Shown here piece after piece: positions 46,558-55,700 of a stretch of 64,000 bases of DNA (within the stretch, counting starts at the first letter, position 1; the number at the start of each line of letters is the position of its first letter). The DNA is from Clostridia bacterium (GTDB taxonomy: Bacteria; Bacillota; Clostridia; Oscillospirales; RGIG8002), in contig JAFZXI010000115.1 in assembly GCA_017616855.1 (NCBI GenBank), positions 1,412 to 65,411 on the forward strand, given 5' to 3'. The notes below the pieces were generated by a model. The model ran no database searches. It saw nothing but the letters and a program-made list of their open reading frames with translations, and had not been told where the DNA came from. Position numbers and translations under genes: made by a program.

Positions 46558-46643
46558 TTTTGCCTCTGCATTTTCAACTAAATATGCTAATTGTTAAAGC
46601 TTTGTGATGTTGAAAAATTGTATACCGAAAGGGCAAAAAAGAG

Positions 46644-46672
46644 TTTACAACGCAGGTGTATTGTGGTATAAT
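46644..46672 (+). promoter_or_regulatory. candidate promoter of tRNA-Arg
   Basis: TTTACA (46644-46649), a 17-nt spacer ending in TG, then TATAAT (46667-46672). Confidence 0.5.
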
Positions 46673-46754
46673 AATTAAGCTTCCGGAAAGACGCGGCATG
46701 TTGAAAACCTGTTGAAAACCGCGCAAAAACTTTTTTCGGAAAAAGTTAGAATAT

Positions 46755-46831
46755 CCGCCCGTGGCACAGTTGGATAGCGCATCAGATTCCGATTCTGGAG
46801 GTCGGGGGTTCGAATCCCTTCGGGCGGACCA
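46755..46831 (+). tRNA. tRNA-Arg(CCG)
   Basis: Acceptor CCGCCCG/CGGGCGG, anticodon stem TCAGA/TCTGG with loop TTCCGAT, T-loop TTCGAAT, encoded CCA. Confidence 0.85.
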
Positions 46832-46912
46832 GGTGAGGTCAATGCGAACACGGTGCTGTTTTTCGGCGCCGAGGTGTTCGGGTTGATGGCTGTTTATGTA
46901 TGACAGCAAGAG

Positions 46913-46946
46913 AAAAAGGAGACGTGAAAGCGTCTCCTTTTTCTTT
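46913..46946 (+). terminator. rho-independent terminator after tRNA-Arg
   Basis: AAAAAGGAGACG-TGAAAG-CGTCTCCTTTTTCTTT. Confidence 0.75.
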
Positions 46947-47190
46947 AATGTCTTCACTGGGGCACGTCGGAGAGAGGTGCGCGAAGTCCTGTCGTATTGC
47001 ATTGTATTGCTTTTTCGCGGCGGGCTCTCCCCTGTTTCGATATTTCCCGCGAAAATCGCATATTCTTTTTTCATTTCGGGCCGGAAGGCCCTTTTTTCGT
47101 TTCCCGGAACAGATTTATTGCTTTTAGGGGAGAAAACGACGGCGCGCGGTGGTAAGATAAGCGCGTAAATGACAAAAGGAGCGAGGAACG

Positions 47191-47430
47191 ATGCCGAAGG
47201 TCCCCCACAAAATCGAAGAATGCGTCCATACGGACGATTTCTCGCGCTATAAGAGCGAGCACCGCGCGGAGCACGACAAGCTGAACGAGAAGGTCGAGAT
47301 GCAGAGCGAAAGAGTCGTCGGCGTCGAGGCGAAGCTGACGTCGCTGATCGCGGTGAACCGTCTCATACTTGGCGCGATCGTTACGGGGATAGTCTCGATC
47401 GTCGTTATCCTTCTGACGAGAGGTATATAA
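47191..47430 (+). CDS. XhlA-like phage membrane protein (lysis-associated)
   Basis: 79 aa: an N-terminal Cys/His region and coiled coil (EECVHTDDFSRYKSEHRAEHDKLNEKVEMQSERVVGVEAKL), then one C-terminal TM helix (LILGAIVTGIVSIVVILL). Architecture matches PBSX XhlA as recalled. Confidence 0.55.
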   Translation: MPKVPHKIEECVHTDDFSRYKSEHRAEHDKLNEKVEMQSERVVGVEAKLTSLIAVNRLILGAIVTGIVSIVVILLTRGI

Positions 47431-47432
47431 CA

Positions 47433-47591
47433 TGGATGAAGCAAGAGCGCGCGGAAAAGGCGTCGGGTTCGAAAGGATCCGCAGGATCACCGGCTATCTG
47501 GTCGGCGATCTGAAGCGCTTCAATAACGGGAAATACGCCGAACAGGCCGACAGAGTCAAGCATTCCGTAGGAGGCAGATATGGGATATGAT
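47433..47591 (+). CDS. phage-encoded stand-alone glycyl-radical module (52 aa, NrdD C-terminus-like)
   Basis: Own translation; below the ORF-track size cut-off. MDEARARGKGVGFERIRRITGYLVGDLKRFNNGKYAEQADRVKHSVGGRYGI. GAGAGG lies 8 nt upstream. 29 of 36 aligned residues are identical to the host minigene (43921..44079) by my count, with many synonymous differences. The 3' end overlaps the next ORF by 12 nt. Confidence 0.7.
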
Positions 47592-49055
47592 CCTTTGAGC
47601 GTCAAAGACGTTCACCAGAAATACGGCGGCAGCGGCTCCTTCGCCGACCGCGGTCAGACTTGGGTCGACCTCGGCCTCGGCGCCGCCGGCAGCTACATCG
47701 GAAGCGGAGATCAGAACAAAGCTCTCAGGTTGAAGATGGAGGAGGTCGGCGGGCTTACCCTTCCCGCAGCGACTCCCGCGGCAACGGAAACGGCGACTCC
47801 CGCCACGGCCGCCCCCTCTCCCGCTCCCGCGGCAACGGAAACGGCGACACCCGCCGCGGCCGCTCCGGTATATAACGATCCGGAGCTGGAGGCGGCGATC
47901 GCGAAGCTCCAGGGGACGGAATACAAACCTTCCGACGATGTGACGCAGCTCAAGCAGTCGGTCAACGACGCGATAAGCGAGTTCAAAAACTATCAATACG
48001 GCCTCGCTCAGGAGATCGAAGGGGCTCTGAAGAAGATCCTCGACCCGAAGACGTTCTCTTACGACCACGAAACGGACCCGAGCTACCACGCGCTCCGGGA
48101 TGAATACATCCGCAACGGGCGGATCGCCATGCTCGACACCGGCGCCGCGGCTGCCGCCGCGAACGGCGGGCGCGAGACGTCCTACGGACGCTCCGCCGCG
48201 CAGCAGGCGTATCAGGGATATATGAGCGAGCTCAATTCGAAGATACCCGAACTGGAAAACGCGGCGTATCAGCGCTACAGGGACGATCTGGACGACGCCT
48301 ATAAGCGCTATCAGCTCCTCGTTGAGGACAGGGAGCGCGAACGCGGCGAGAAAGTGGATGATCTGAAGCTCGCGCTCGAGCTTTACGAGAACGCCAGGGA
48401 CGACGAGCTGGAGGAATACGGTCTGACCCGCGACGAGCTGCTCGACACCATCAACGTCCTCGCGCAGCGCGAGAGCACCGGATACGAGCGCGGCAGAGAC
48501 GCCATAACCGACGAGCGATACGAGCGCGAATACGCCGACGAGAGAGCCGACACCGCCTATAACAAGCTCGCGACGCTGATCTCCTCCGCCGGCTACACTC
48601 CGACCGACGAAGATCTCGAAAAGGCGGGAATGAGCAAAGGGCAGGCCGACGCGCTGAAGGCGGCTTATGAGGTCGACGCGGCGAACGCGAAAAAGTCGTC
48701 TTCTTCCTCCGGATCCGGAACGAAGAAGAGCAGCAGCGGCTTCAAGAGTTCGACGGCGGACTCGGATCTCCGGAGTCTCAAGAAGAAGGGCGACACGAAG
48801 ACTGATGAGGGCTGCATGGCGATCGCTGAGGCGATGGCCGAATACTACCCCATCGATACCTACGGCGAGGACGTTATAGACTACTTCGCCAACACTTACG
48901 TCGGCGGTCACCCCATAGAATACTGGCTCAACCGCATCGACGAGCTGGAAGAGGAAAAGAATAACCCCGTCGCCACCGGCAAGACCTCCGGAATAAAGCC
49001 CGGACGTGCCGCGGGCGCCGGCGGGCTTACGGGCAACAAGGCAATGATAAATTAG
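47580..49055 (+). CDS. phage protein of unknown function (Pro/Thr/Ala linker plus long charged helical region)
   Basis: 491 aa with an internal duplicated linker (PAATPAATETATPATAAPSPAPAATETATPAAAAP). The E/R/D/Y-rich central region has no recognised catalytic motif. Confidence 0.7.
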   Translation: MGYDPLSVKDVHQKYGGSGSFADRGQTWVDLGLGAAGSYIGSGDQNKALRLKMEEVGGLTLPAATPAATETATPATAAPSPAPAATETATPAAAAPVYNDPELEAAIAKLQGTEYKPSDDVTQLKQSVNDAISEFKNYQYGLAQEIEGALKKILDPKTFSYDHETDPSYHALRDEYIRNGRIAMLDTGAAAAAANGGRETSYGRSAAQQAYQGYMSELNSKIPELENAAYQRYRDDLDDAYKRYQLLVEDRERERGEKVDDLKLALELYENARDDELEEYGLTRDELLDTINVLAQRESTGYERGRDAITDERYEREYADERADTAYNKLATLISSAGYTPTDEDLEKAGMSKGQADALKAAYEVDAANAKKSSSSSGSGTKKSSSGFKSSTADSDLRSLKKKGDTKTDEGCMAIAEAMAEYYPIDTYGEDVIDYFANTYVGGHPIEYWLNRIDELEEEKNNPVATGKTSGIKPGRAAGAGGLTGNKAMIN

Positions 49056-49067
49056 AAAGGGGCTTTT

Positions 49068-50396
49068 ATGGCACTGGTCGAATACCTTATCCGCCTGGAT
49101 CTGAAGAAGGAACACGAGCAGGGCGTGCAGCACGTCAAATACGGCGACACGAACTCGCGATACCTGCGCTTCCAGATCCACAGCGGAGGGAAAACCTACG
49201 ATATTTCGGATAAAAAGGCCGTTCTGCACTATAAGAAGTCGGACGGCACCGAAGGCAGCATTCGCTGCTTCCACCGCGCGGAGAAAGGCGTCTGCGAGTG
49301 CCTGGTCTCCTCTCAGATGACCGCCGTCGCCGGCGAGGTCAAGTGCGATCTGAAGATCTTTTCCGGCGACACGCTGCTCCACTCCCCGAAGTTTTATCTG
49401 CTGGTCGGAACCGACGCGCTCTCCGGAGACACCTCCGCGGACGATTTCGGCGACGAGAAGGCGGACAAGGTCGAGGACGCGGTCGAGGGCAACCTCGCCG
49501 CGCTCGACAGCGAAGGCAACCTGATCGACAGCGGCAAGGCCGTCGACGACTTCGCCGACGAAGAGCACACCCACACCTACGACGAGGTCATAGACTTCGC
49601 CTCCGGCGTCGTTTATTATACGCCCGCCGGCGGGGAGATCGTCTTCCCCATCGTCTATTGGGTAGACGATACGCCCCTCTCCACTCCCGACGAGGGCGAT
49701 TACTGGTATGCGCCGACGGCGATGAAGCTTTACAAGGCGGACAGCGTGCCGGGTTCCGGAATGACCTGGACCGACGTCACGAACACGAAGCTGAAAAACA
49801 ACAGTCTTTTCGTCCGTCATAACGGCAGAGTCTATTACTGCGTGGACGGCGAGCTGAGAGAGATAAAGACAACGCTCGTATCGCACACTCACGTGAAGAG
49901 CGATATAACGGATTTCGCTCACACGCACGCGAAATCGGACGTCACCGACTTCGCCCATACGCACACGGTAAGCGATATTACCGACTTCCCCGACACTCCC
50001 TCCGGCATCCCGGAGCCGACGAGCAACGACTTCGCGAAGAAGCTCTGCGTCACCAGTGACGGAAAATACCTTCTTTCGACCGGCGCCGTCTGCACGGTGA
50101 GCATTTCCTTCGCCTCCGGCGTCGGGAGCTCTCCGACCGCGATCTGGATAGAAAGTCCCTCGGGCATACGCTATTCCGACGAGGACGCTCCGGTCAGCTT
50201 TGACCTCATCGAGGGTGAAGTTGTGAAGTGCTACGTCAGCTATTCGCTTGACGATAACTATATCAAACTCAACGGAACGACCGTCGCCGGAGACGGCGGC
50301 AGCTCCGCCTATTACGAGCTGACCGTCGAGGACGACGCGAGCATCTACGTCACCGGAAGCGGCGGCAGTTTCGGGCTCATCAGTATAACCATGTAA
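49068..50396 (+). CDS. phage tail-fibre / baseplate protein (BppU-N-like N-terminus, HTH..SDITDFA repeats)
   Basis: The N-terminus ...VKYGDTNSRYLRFQIHSGGKTYDISDKKAVLHYKKSDGTEG...LVSSQMTAVAGEVKCDLKIF...SPKFYLLV resembles the BppU_N pattern (QGD.nsr.l.f.l..nG...dl........KpDG). Three tandem 12-aa His-rich repeats at nt 49884..49991. Confidence 0.55.
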   Translation: MALVEYLIRLDLKKEHEQGVQHVKYGDTNSRYLRFQIHSGGKTYDISDKKAVLHYKKSDGTEGSIRCFHRAEKGVCECLVSSQMTAVAGEVKCDLKIFSGDTLLHSPKFYLLVGTDALSGDTSADDFGDEKADKVEDAVEGNLAALDSEGNLIDSGKAVDDFADEEHTHTYDEVIDFASGVVYYTPAGGEIVFPIVYWVDDTPLSTPDEGDYWYAPTAMKLYKADSVPGSGMTWTDVTNTKLKNNSLFVRHNGRVYYCVDGELREIKTTLVSHTHVKSDITDFAHTHAKSDVTDFAHTHTVSDITDFPDTPSGIPEPTSNDFAKKLCVTSDGKYLLSTGAVCTVSISFASGVGSSPTAIWIESPSGIRYSDEDAPVSFDLIEGEVVKCYVSYSLDDNYIKLNGTTVAGDGGSSAYYELTVEDDASIYVTGSGGSFGLISITM

Positions 50397-50408
50397 CAGG
50401 AGGCAACT

Positions 50409-50636
50409 ATGGCAACGGAAAAACTCATACCCATCGTAACCGATATCACGGTCCCCGAGGGCGCAACGCTCACTTACAGGTTCGGCAACTACTGCGAGTT
50501 CGCCGGAGAGTCCTCGGCCACGAAATCGGATATCAAAGGCGCTTCGCTCAACTCTTCCTTCTGGGAGCAGGACACCGGCGACTTCTATCACCTCACCGCT
50601 TCCGGCTGGGAGAAGAACGGACCCGAGGAGGAGTAA
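50409..50636 (+). CDS. hypothetical phage protein
   Basis: 75 aa with AGGAGG upstream. No recognised family. Confidence 0.55.
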   Translation: MATEKLIPIVTDITVPEGATLTYRFGNYCEFAGESSATKSDIKGASLNSSFWEQDTGDFYHLTASGWEKNGPEEE

Positions 50637-50645
50637 CATCCCGAT

Positions 50646-51047
50646 ATGCACGATCCCTCGATGAAACAGCAGGCGAAAGCGCTTGTTGTCAACAGAGGCC
50701 TATCCGTCGCCGCGGCTGCCCGCGAACTGGGCCTGCCGCGGCGTACTATTGCGGACTGGTCGAAGGCCGACGGCTGGCTTGAGCGGCGCGTCGAGCTTCG
50801 CCGCGACGTTTTTAATACGGAGACCACCGAGATCGAAGAGGGTATCGGCGACAACGCGGACGTCAGAGCTACCGCGAAGCGCGTGCTTAAAGGGATAAAC
50901 GTCTGGCTCGGCGCGTCGAAGGTCGTCTTGCCGAAGGAGGCCTCCGCGCTCGCCTCCGCCCTGGTCTCGCTCGCCGCGCTCGCGCCTTCGGACGCGGAAA
51001 AGACGCTCTCGGGCGTTATTTTCATTCCGGAGGTGAACGATGAGTAA
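50646..51047 (+). CDS. terminase small subunit (HTH type)
   Basis: 133 aa. The N-terminal HTH (QQAKALVVNRGLSVAAAARELGLPRRTIADWSKADGW) is typical of gpP-like / Terminase_5 small subunits. The 3' end overlaps the terL start by 8 nt. Confidence 0.7.
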   Translation: MHDPSMKQQAKALVVNRGLSVAAAARELGLPRRTIADWSKADGWLERRVELRRDVFNTETTEIEEGIGDNADVRATAKRVLKGINVWLGASKVVLPKEASALASALVSLAALAPSDAEKTLSGVIFIPEVNDE

Positions 51048-52446
51048 CGTCGTCTGGCGCCCGCAGCCCCGACAGGAGGAGTTTATGCGGCGTCCGGAAT
51101 ACGAGGCGCTCTACGGCGGAGCGGCCGGCGGAGGAAAAAGCGAAGCCCTCGTCATAGAGGCGCTGCGGCAGGTCAATATCCCCCACTATAAGGGACTGAT
51201 CCTGCGCAAAAGCTATCCACAGCTTTCCGAACTGATCGACAAAAGTATCCTATATTACCCGCGCGCGTATCCGGGAGCGAAATACAACGCCTCGACGCAC
51301 ACCTGGACCTTCCCTTCCGGCGCGAGGATCATTTTCGGATCGATGAACCGGAAGGAAGACAAGATCAAATACCAGGGCAAGAGCTTCGACTACATCGCCT
51401 TCGACGAGCTGACGCATTTCACCTGGGAGGAATATTCCTATATGTTCTCCCGAAACAGATCTTCCGGCCCCGGGGTTCGATCCTACATAAGAGCAACGGC
51501 GAACCCGGGCGGCGTCGGACACGGCTGGGTGAAGGACCGCTTCATCATCCCCGCTCCCCCGATGACGACGATCGCGGACACAGTGAAGTATTCCACCCCT
51601 TCCGGGGAGACGGAGGAGGCGTCGCGGACGAGGGTCTTTGTGCCGGCGACGGTCTATGACAATCAGATCCTCTTAAAGAACGATCCGGAATACGTCGCCA
51701 CCCTTGCCCTGCTTCCTCCCGCGGAGAGGCAGGCGCTGCTTTACGGCGACTGGGACTCCTTCTCGGGTCAGGTCTTCAGCGAATGGCGCAACGATCCCGC
51801 CGGGTATCTGACGCGGAAGTTCTCTCACGTCATTGAGCCCTTCGAGTTCCCCTCCTGGTGGAGAGTGGTGCGCGGGTTCGACTACGGTTATTCGAAGCCG
51901 TTTTCGGTCGGGTGGTATGCGGTATCCCCCGACGACGTTATCTACCGCGTCGCGGAGCTCTACGGCGGAGACGCGGACGTCGGCGTGAAATGGACTCCGG
52001 ACCGTATCGCCGAGGAGATAGCCGAGATAGAAAAAACTCACCCGCTGCTGCGCGACGTCAAGGTCGTGCTCGGGCTGGCGGATCCGGCGATTTTTTCCGC
52101 GACGGTTTACGGCGAAAGCATAGCCGAGCTGCTCGCGCGCAAGGGTGTTTATTTTTCCAAGGGAGACAATACGCGCCTCGCCGGTAAGATGCAGCTGCAC
52201 AACCGCCTCGCCTTCGACGAAGAGGGCCGGGCGAAGTTTTACGTTTTCAACACCTGCCGCAACTTTATACGCACGATCCCCTCTCTGGTCTATTCGACGG
52301 TCAACGTCGAGGACGTAGACACGACACAGGAGGATCACGCTTACGACGAATGCCGCTACGTGCTGATGGCGCACCCGATGACGACGGTGCCGAGGGTCAA
52401 GAGGCGCTGGAGGGTCCCGGAGCTCGATATCGACGAGGAATACTGA
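51040..52446 (+). CDS. terminase large subunit
   Basis: 468 aa with Walker A YGGAAGGGKSEAL, Walker B FDYIAFDELTHF, a coupling motif TANPGG, and a C-terminal nuclease region with acidic residues (DYGYS..., ...QEDHAYDECRY). Confidence 0.9.
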   Translation: MSNVVWRPQPRQEEFMRRPEYEALYGGAAGGGKSEALVIEALRQVNIPHYKGLILRKSYPQLSELIDKSILYYPRAYPGAKYNASTHTWTFPSGARIIFGSMNRKEDKIKYQGKSFDYIAFDELTHFTWEEYSYMFSRNRSSGPGVRSYIRATANPGGVGHGWVKDRFIIPAPPMTTIADTVKYSTPSGETEEASRTRVFVPATVYDNQILLKNDPEYVATLALLPPAERQALLYGDWDSFSGQVFSEWRNDPAGYLTRKFSHVIEPFEFPSWWRVVRGFDYGYSKPFSVGWYAVSPDDVIYRVAELYGGDADVGVKWTPDRIAEEIAEIEKTHPLLRDVKVVLGLADPAIFSATVYGESIAELLARKGVYFSKGDNTRLAGKMQLHNRLAFDEEGRAKFYVFNTCRNFIRTIPSLVYSTVNVEDVDTTQEDHAYDECRYVLMAHPMTTVPRVKRRWRVPELDIDEEY

Positions 52447-52724
52447 TTTTCGGGCGGTTAGGCGAACCGTTCGGAGTTTCCGAACCGTTCACGTTTTCTC
52501 CGCTTCTTCCCCTGCATAAGCGGTCGCGATACAAATCAGAACGTGCGATTTCCCGAGATTTCGGGCAATTTCGCGGCAAAAACGCTGCTTCTGAGGCGAT
52601 AACAGAGGAGCGAACGTATATTTCATGCTTTGAAAAAAACTGAACGACCGCCTTTTTCGGTCCCGCGGCGGTTCCCTGCAAACGGGCCCACGCGCCCGCG
52701 CGATTTACTATTACGGAGGACATT

Positions 52725-55700
52725 ATGGGCAAATACGCAGATCTTTACGCGAAGTTCGGCCGCGATATCAACAGCGACGCGGAAAAGAATAAGGAGACAA
52801 CGCAGGAGAAGCCCGCGGCGAAGACTTCGCGCGGGAAGTATTCCGATCTTTACGCGAAGTTCGGCCGCGACCTCGGCGGCCGTCGCACGAAGGCAGCGCA
52901 GGAGGAAGCGCAGCAGAAGGTCGAGGAGAAGAACGACGCGCTGCGCAACGCCCAGTCGAATTACCGCAGGCAGTATCTCATCAACGAGGCGACCAAGCGC
53001 GAGAACGAGAAGGAAGCGGAGGCGGAGCAGCGCCGGAGCAGGCGCTTCGCCAACGTCGCCGCCGCGAGGGCATATACCGATACCGCCAGCAGCGAGCGTT
53101 CTTACGAGGACCGCGTGAAGGCCGCGGAGGTCGAGAGGATCCAGGCGGAGAACAGGATCAGAGCCAGAAGCTCCGACGGACAGGAAGCGCAGCGCGACGA
53201 CGAGGCGCGTTACAACTATATCGCCCGCAGGATCGATACGCAGGAGAAAGCGAAAAAGGTCGAGGAGGCGCCCGGCGCCGGAAAGCTCACTGCCGAGCAG
53301 CTGAAGGAAGAGAGTGCGATCGGCGGCGTCACCAAAGGCGACCTGGCGTGGTATAAGGAAGAAAAGGCGCGGAGAGACGAGGCAGCGGCGCAGAAGAAGG
53401 CGGCGGAGGAGTATTTCGAGTCGCTCAAAACCTATTACAACAACCTGACGCTCGACCTCGACGCGGCGAAGGCGGAATACGACCGCGTCGCCGGGATAAA
53501 GCGCTTGCTTGATAACGCCGGCAGCGAGCTGGAGAAGATGAAGACGGAAAACCCGCAGCTCTGGAATGAGATCGACGGGATAGCGCAGTTTCTCTACGGC
53601 GGCCCGAAAGCAAAGCAATACGGCGAGGGCAAGATGGTGGACGACGGTCCCGACGCGGATTACTTCGGCGACAACGATGATATCGCGAGGCAGCACGCCT
53701 ACACCCGCTATATTCTCAGGCAATACGGCTACAAGGACTACGACGCGCTCGCGAAGGAGGTCGCCGAGAAGGGCAACACCTGGGCGACGGCGCGGGATAT
53801 TCAGGAGAGCTACAAGCTTGTGACGGACGCGAAGGCGGATCCTGAGTTCGAGGCGTGGGCGGCGAAAGGGGCCGCGGATAAGGATAACTCGGTAATGTGG
53901 GCGCGTGGTTTGACGGACGAAGAAGCCGAAAGCACCAAATCCACAATGGGCGTCGGCACCTCCGGACTTCGCGAAGACGTCATAAAGAGGCGTATGCTCA
54001 CGCAGGACGAGCTCGACATATACAATTATTACTACGGCAAGGGCGACAAGGACGCGGCTTACAAATACTATAATTCACTCGACGATCTGCTCGCCCAAAG
54101 GTCCGCCGTGTATAACGCGAAGGTGTTCGGAGACAGCTTCTTCGGCAAGGCAAATATGGCAATATACACCGGGTTCGAGCAGTTTGCAAACGGCGTATAT
54201 CGCAAGATCGGGCCGAAGCAGGAATACTACTACCCGACCGTCAGCCAGTATACATCCGCTATACTCACGCAGGATATGGGCGGGGTCGAGAAGTTCTGGT
54301 ATGATCTCGGCGTCAACGTCTCGAATATGGCGCCTTCCATTATCGCCGGTAAGCTCGCGAGCTATATCAATCCCGTCTTCGGCGAGCTCGTCGGCGCGGC
54401 GACGATGGGGCTTTCCGCTTCCGGCAACGCATACGCCGAAGCGATCAACTCCGGCATGACGCCCAACCAGGCGAGCGCGTATTCCAATCTGATAGGTCTT
54501 TCCGAGACTACGCTGCAGGCGGCTATCGGCGGTATTCCCTACGTCGGCGGCGCAGTGACCGGCGGAGTTTTCACGAAGGCCGGAACGAAGGTGCTGCGCT
54601 TCGCCGGCGGGCTCAACTCCGGCATGGCGAAGGTCGCGACGAAGGCCCTCGGCTACGGGCTGAAATACGTCGGCAAATCCTTCGGAGAGTTCGTCGAAGA
54701 GGGTTTGCAGGAGGTGCTGGAGCCGTATTTCGCGGCGTTCGTCACGGGCGAGGCGCCGGACGACGTCGACTGGGACGCGGTATTCTACAGCGCCGGTATG
54801 GGCTTCATCACTTCCCTCCTGCTGAATGCCGGCGACAGCGCGGTCAACGTGAAGAACGCGCGCAGCAAGGCGAAGGATGTTATAAATCAAGGCGGCGCCG
54901 AGCTCGCCGTCAGGCTCGGGCTGCAGTTTGACGAGAAGAGCGACGTCTACCGCATCGCGAAGGAGATACAGCGCGACGGATACGACACCGGCAACATCGC
55001 CGAGCTGCTGATGGCGCTCGAGACGGAAACGCAGAACGATCCCGACTTCGCGCAGCGGTTCACGGACCGCGACTTCGGCGAGCTTAATATCAAGCCGAAG
55101 AACGAGACGAAGACCATAGATAAGAACGCGAAGAAGATCGGCAAATACGTCGAAAAGCAGGACGCGACGGAAGGCGCCGCTTACGAGGCGGCTACGCAGA
55201 CGCCGATAAGCGAGAGCGTCGCCGGGCAGGACGTCCGGGGCGAAGAGGTCTCTCCCGTCAGAACGGCGGAGGAGTTCGTTTCGCGCTATAACGGAGAGGT
55301 TGCGGAAAACGCAACAACTGAAGCGCGTCCGGACACGAACGCGGTCGATGAGGGCGCCGCGCGCACCTCCGGGACGAACGTGAATACGGCGGCGGAGACA
55401 AACGCGCCGACGGTCGCGAACGTTCCCGCGGAGACGGTCCCTTCCGATAACGAAAACGTTATCACGGTCAAGCGGGCGAAGGTTTCGGACGCTTCGAAGG
55501 CGGTCAGCCGCATAACGAAGAACGGCAAAGCGATCGAGGGCGGCGGACGGTATTACGTTTACGATACCGCCGGCACTACCGCGATACGCTACGATGACGC
55601 GCCGGCGAACGTGAGCTTCACGAGCGAAGACGGGCTCGCCGGAAGGATAGACCGGGTGCTCAACACCGAGGGAGACGATACGGGCGTCGTTTTCGATACC

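Noticed and set aside
44104-46581. 825-aa plus-strand ORF
   Set aside because: It is an exact antisense shadow of nrdD, whose class III RNR identity is unambiguous. The same applies to other shadows: 28455..30575 (+), 34821..36410 (+), 32416..34056 (-), 61906..63489 (-), 52623..53723 (-), 19399..20709 (+), 21055..22098 (+), 10896..12113 (+) and 12213..13511 (+).
46574-47074. 166-aa minus-strand ORF next to the prophage junction (checked as a possible integrase remnant)
   Set aside because: It runs across tRNA-Arg and two terminators, has no tyrosine- or serine-recombinase motifs, and has odd composition. It is most likely spurious.
47556-50651. 1031-aa minus-strand ORF spanning the left arm of the prophage
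   Set aside because: It is antisense to four well-formed plus-strand genes that have RBSs. Its composition (Arg/Gly/Ala/Val-rich, low complexity) is typical of stop-free antisense frames in GC-rich DNA. No recognisable motif.
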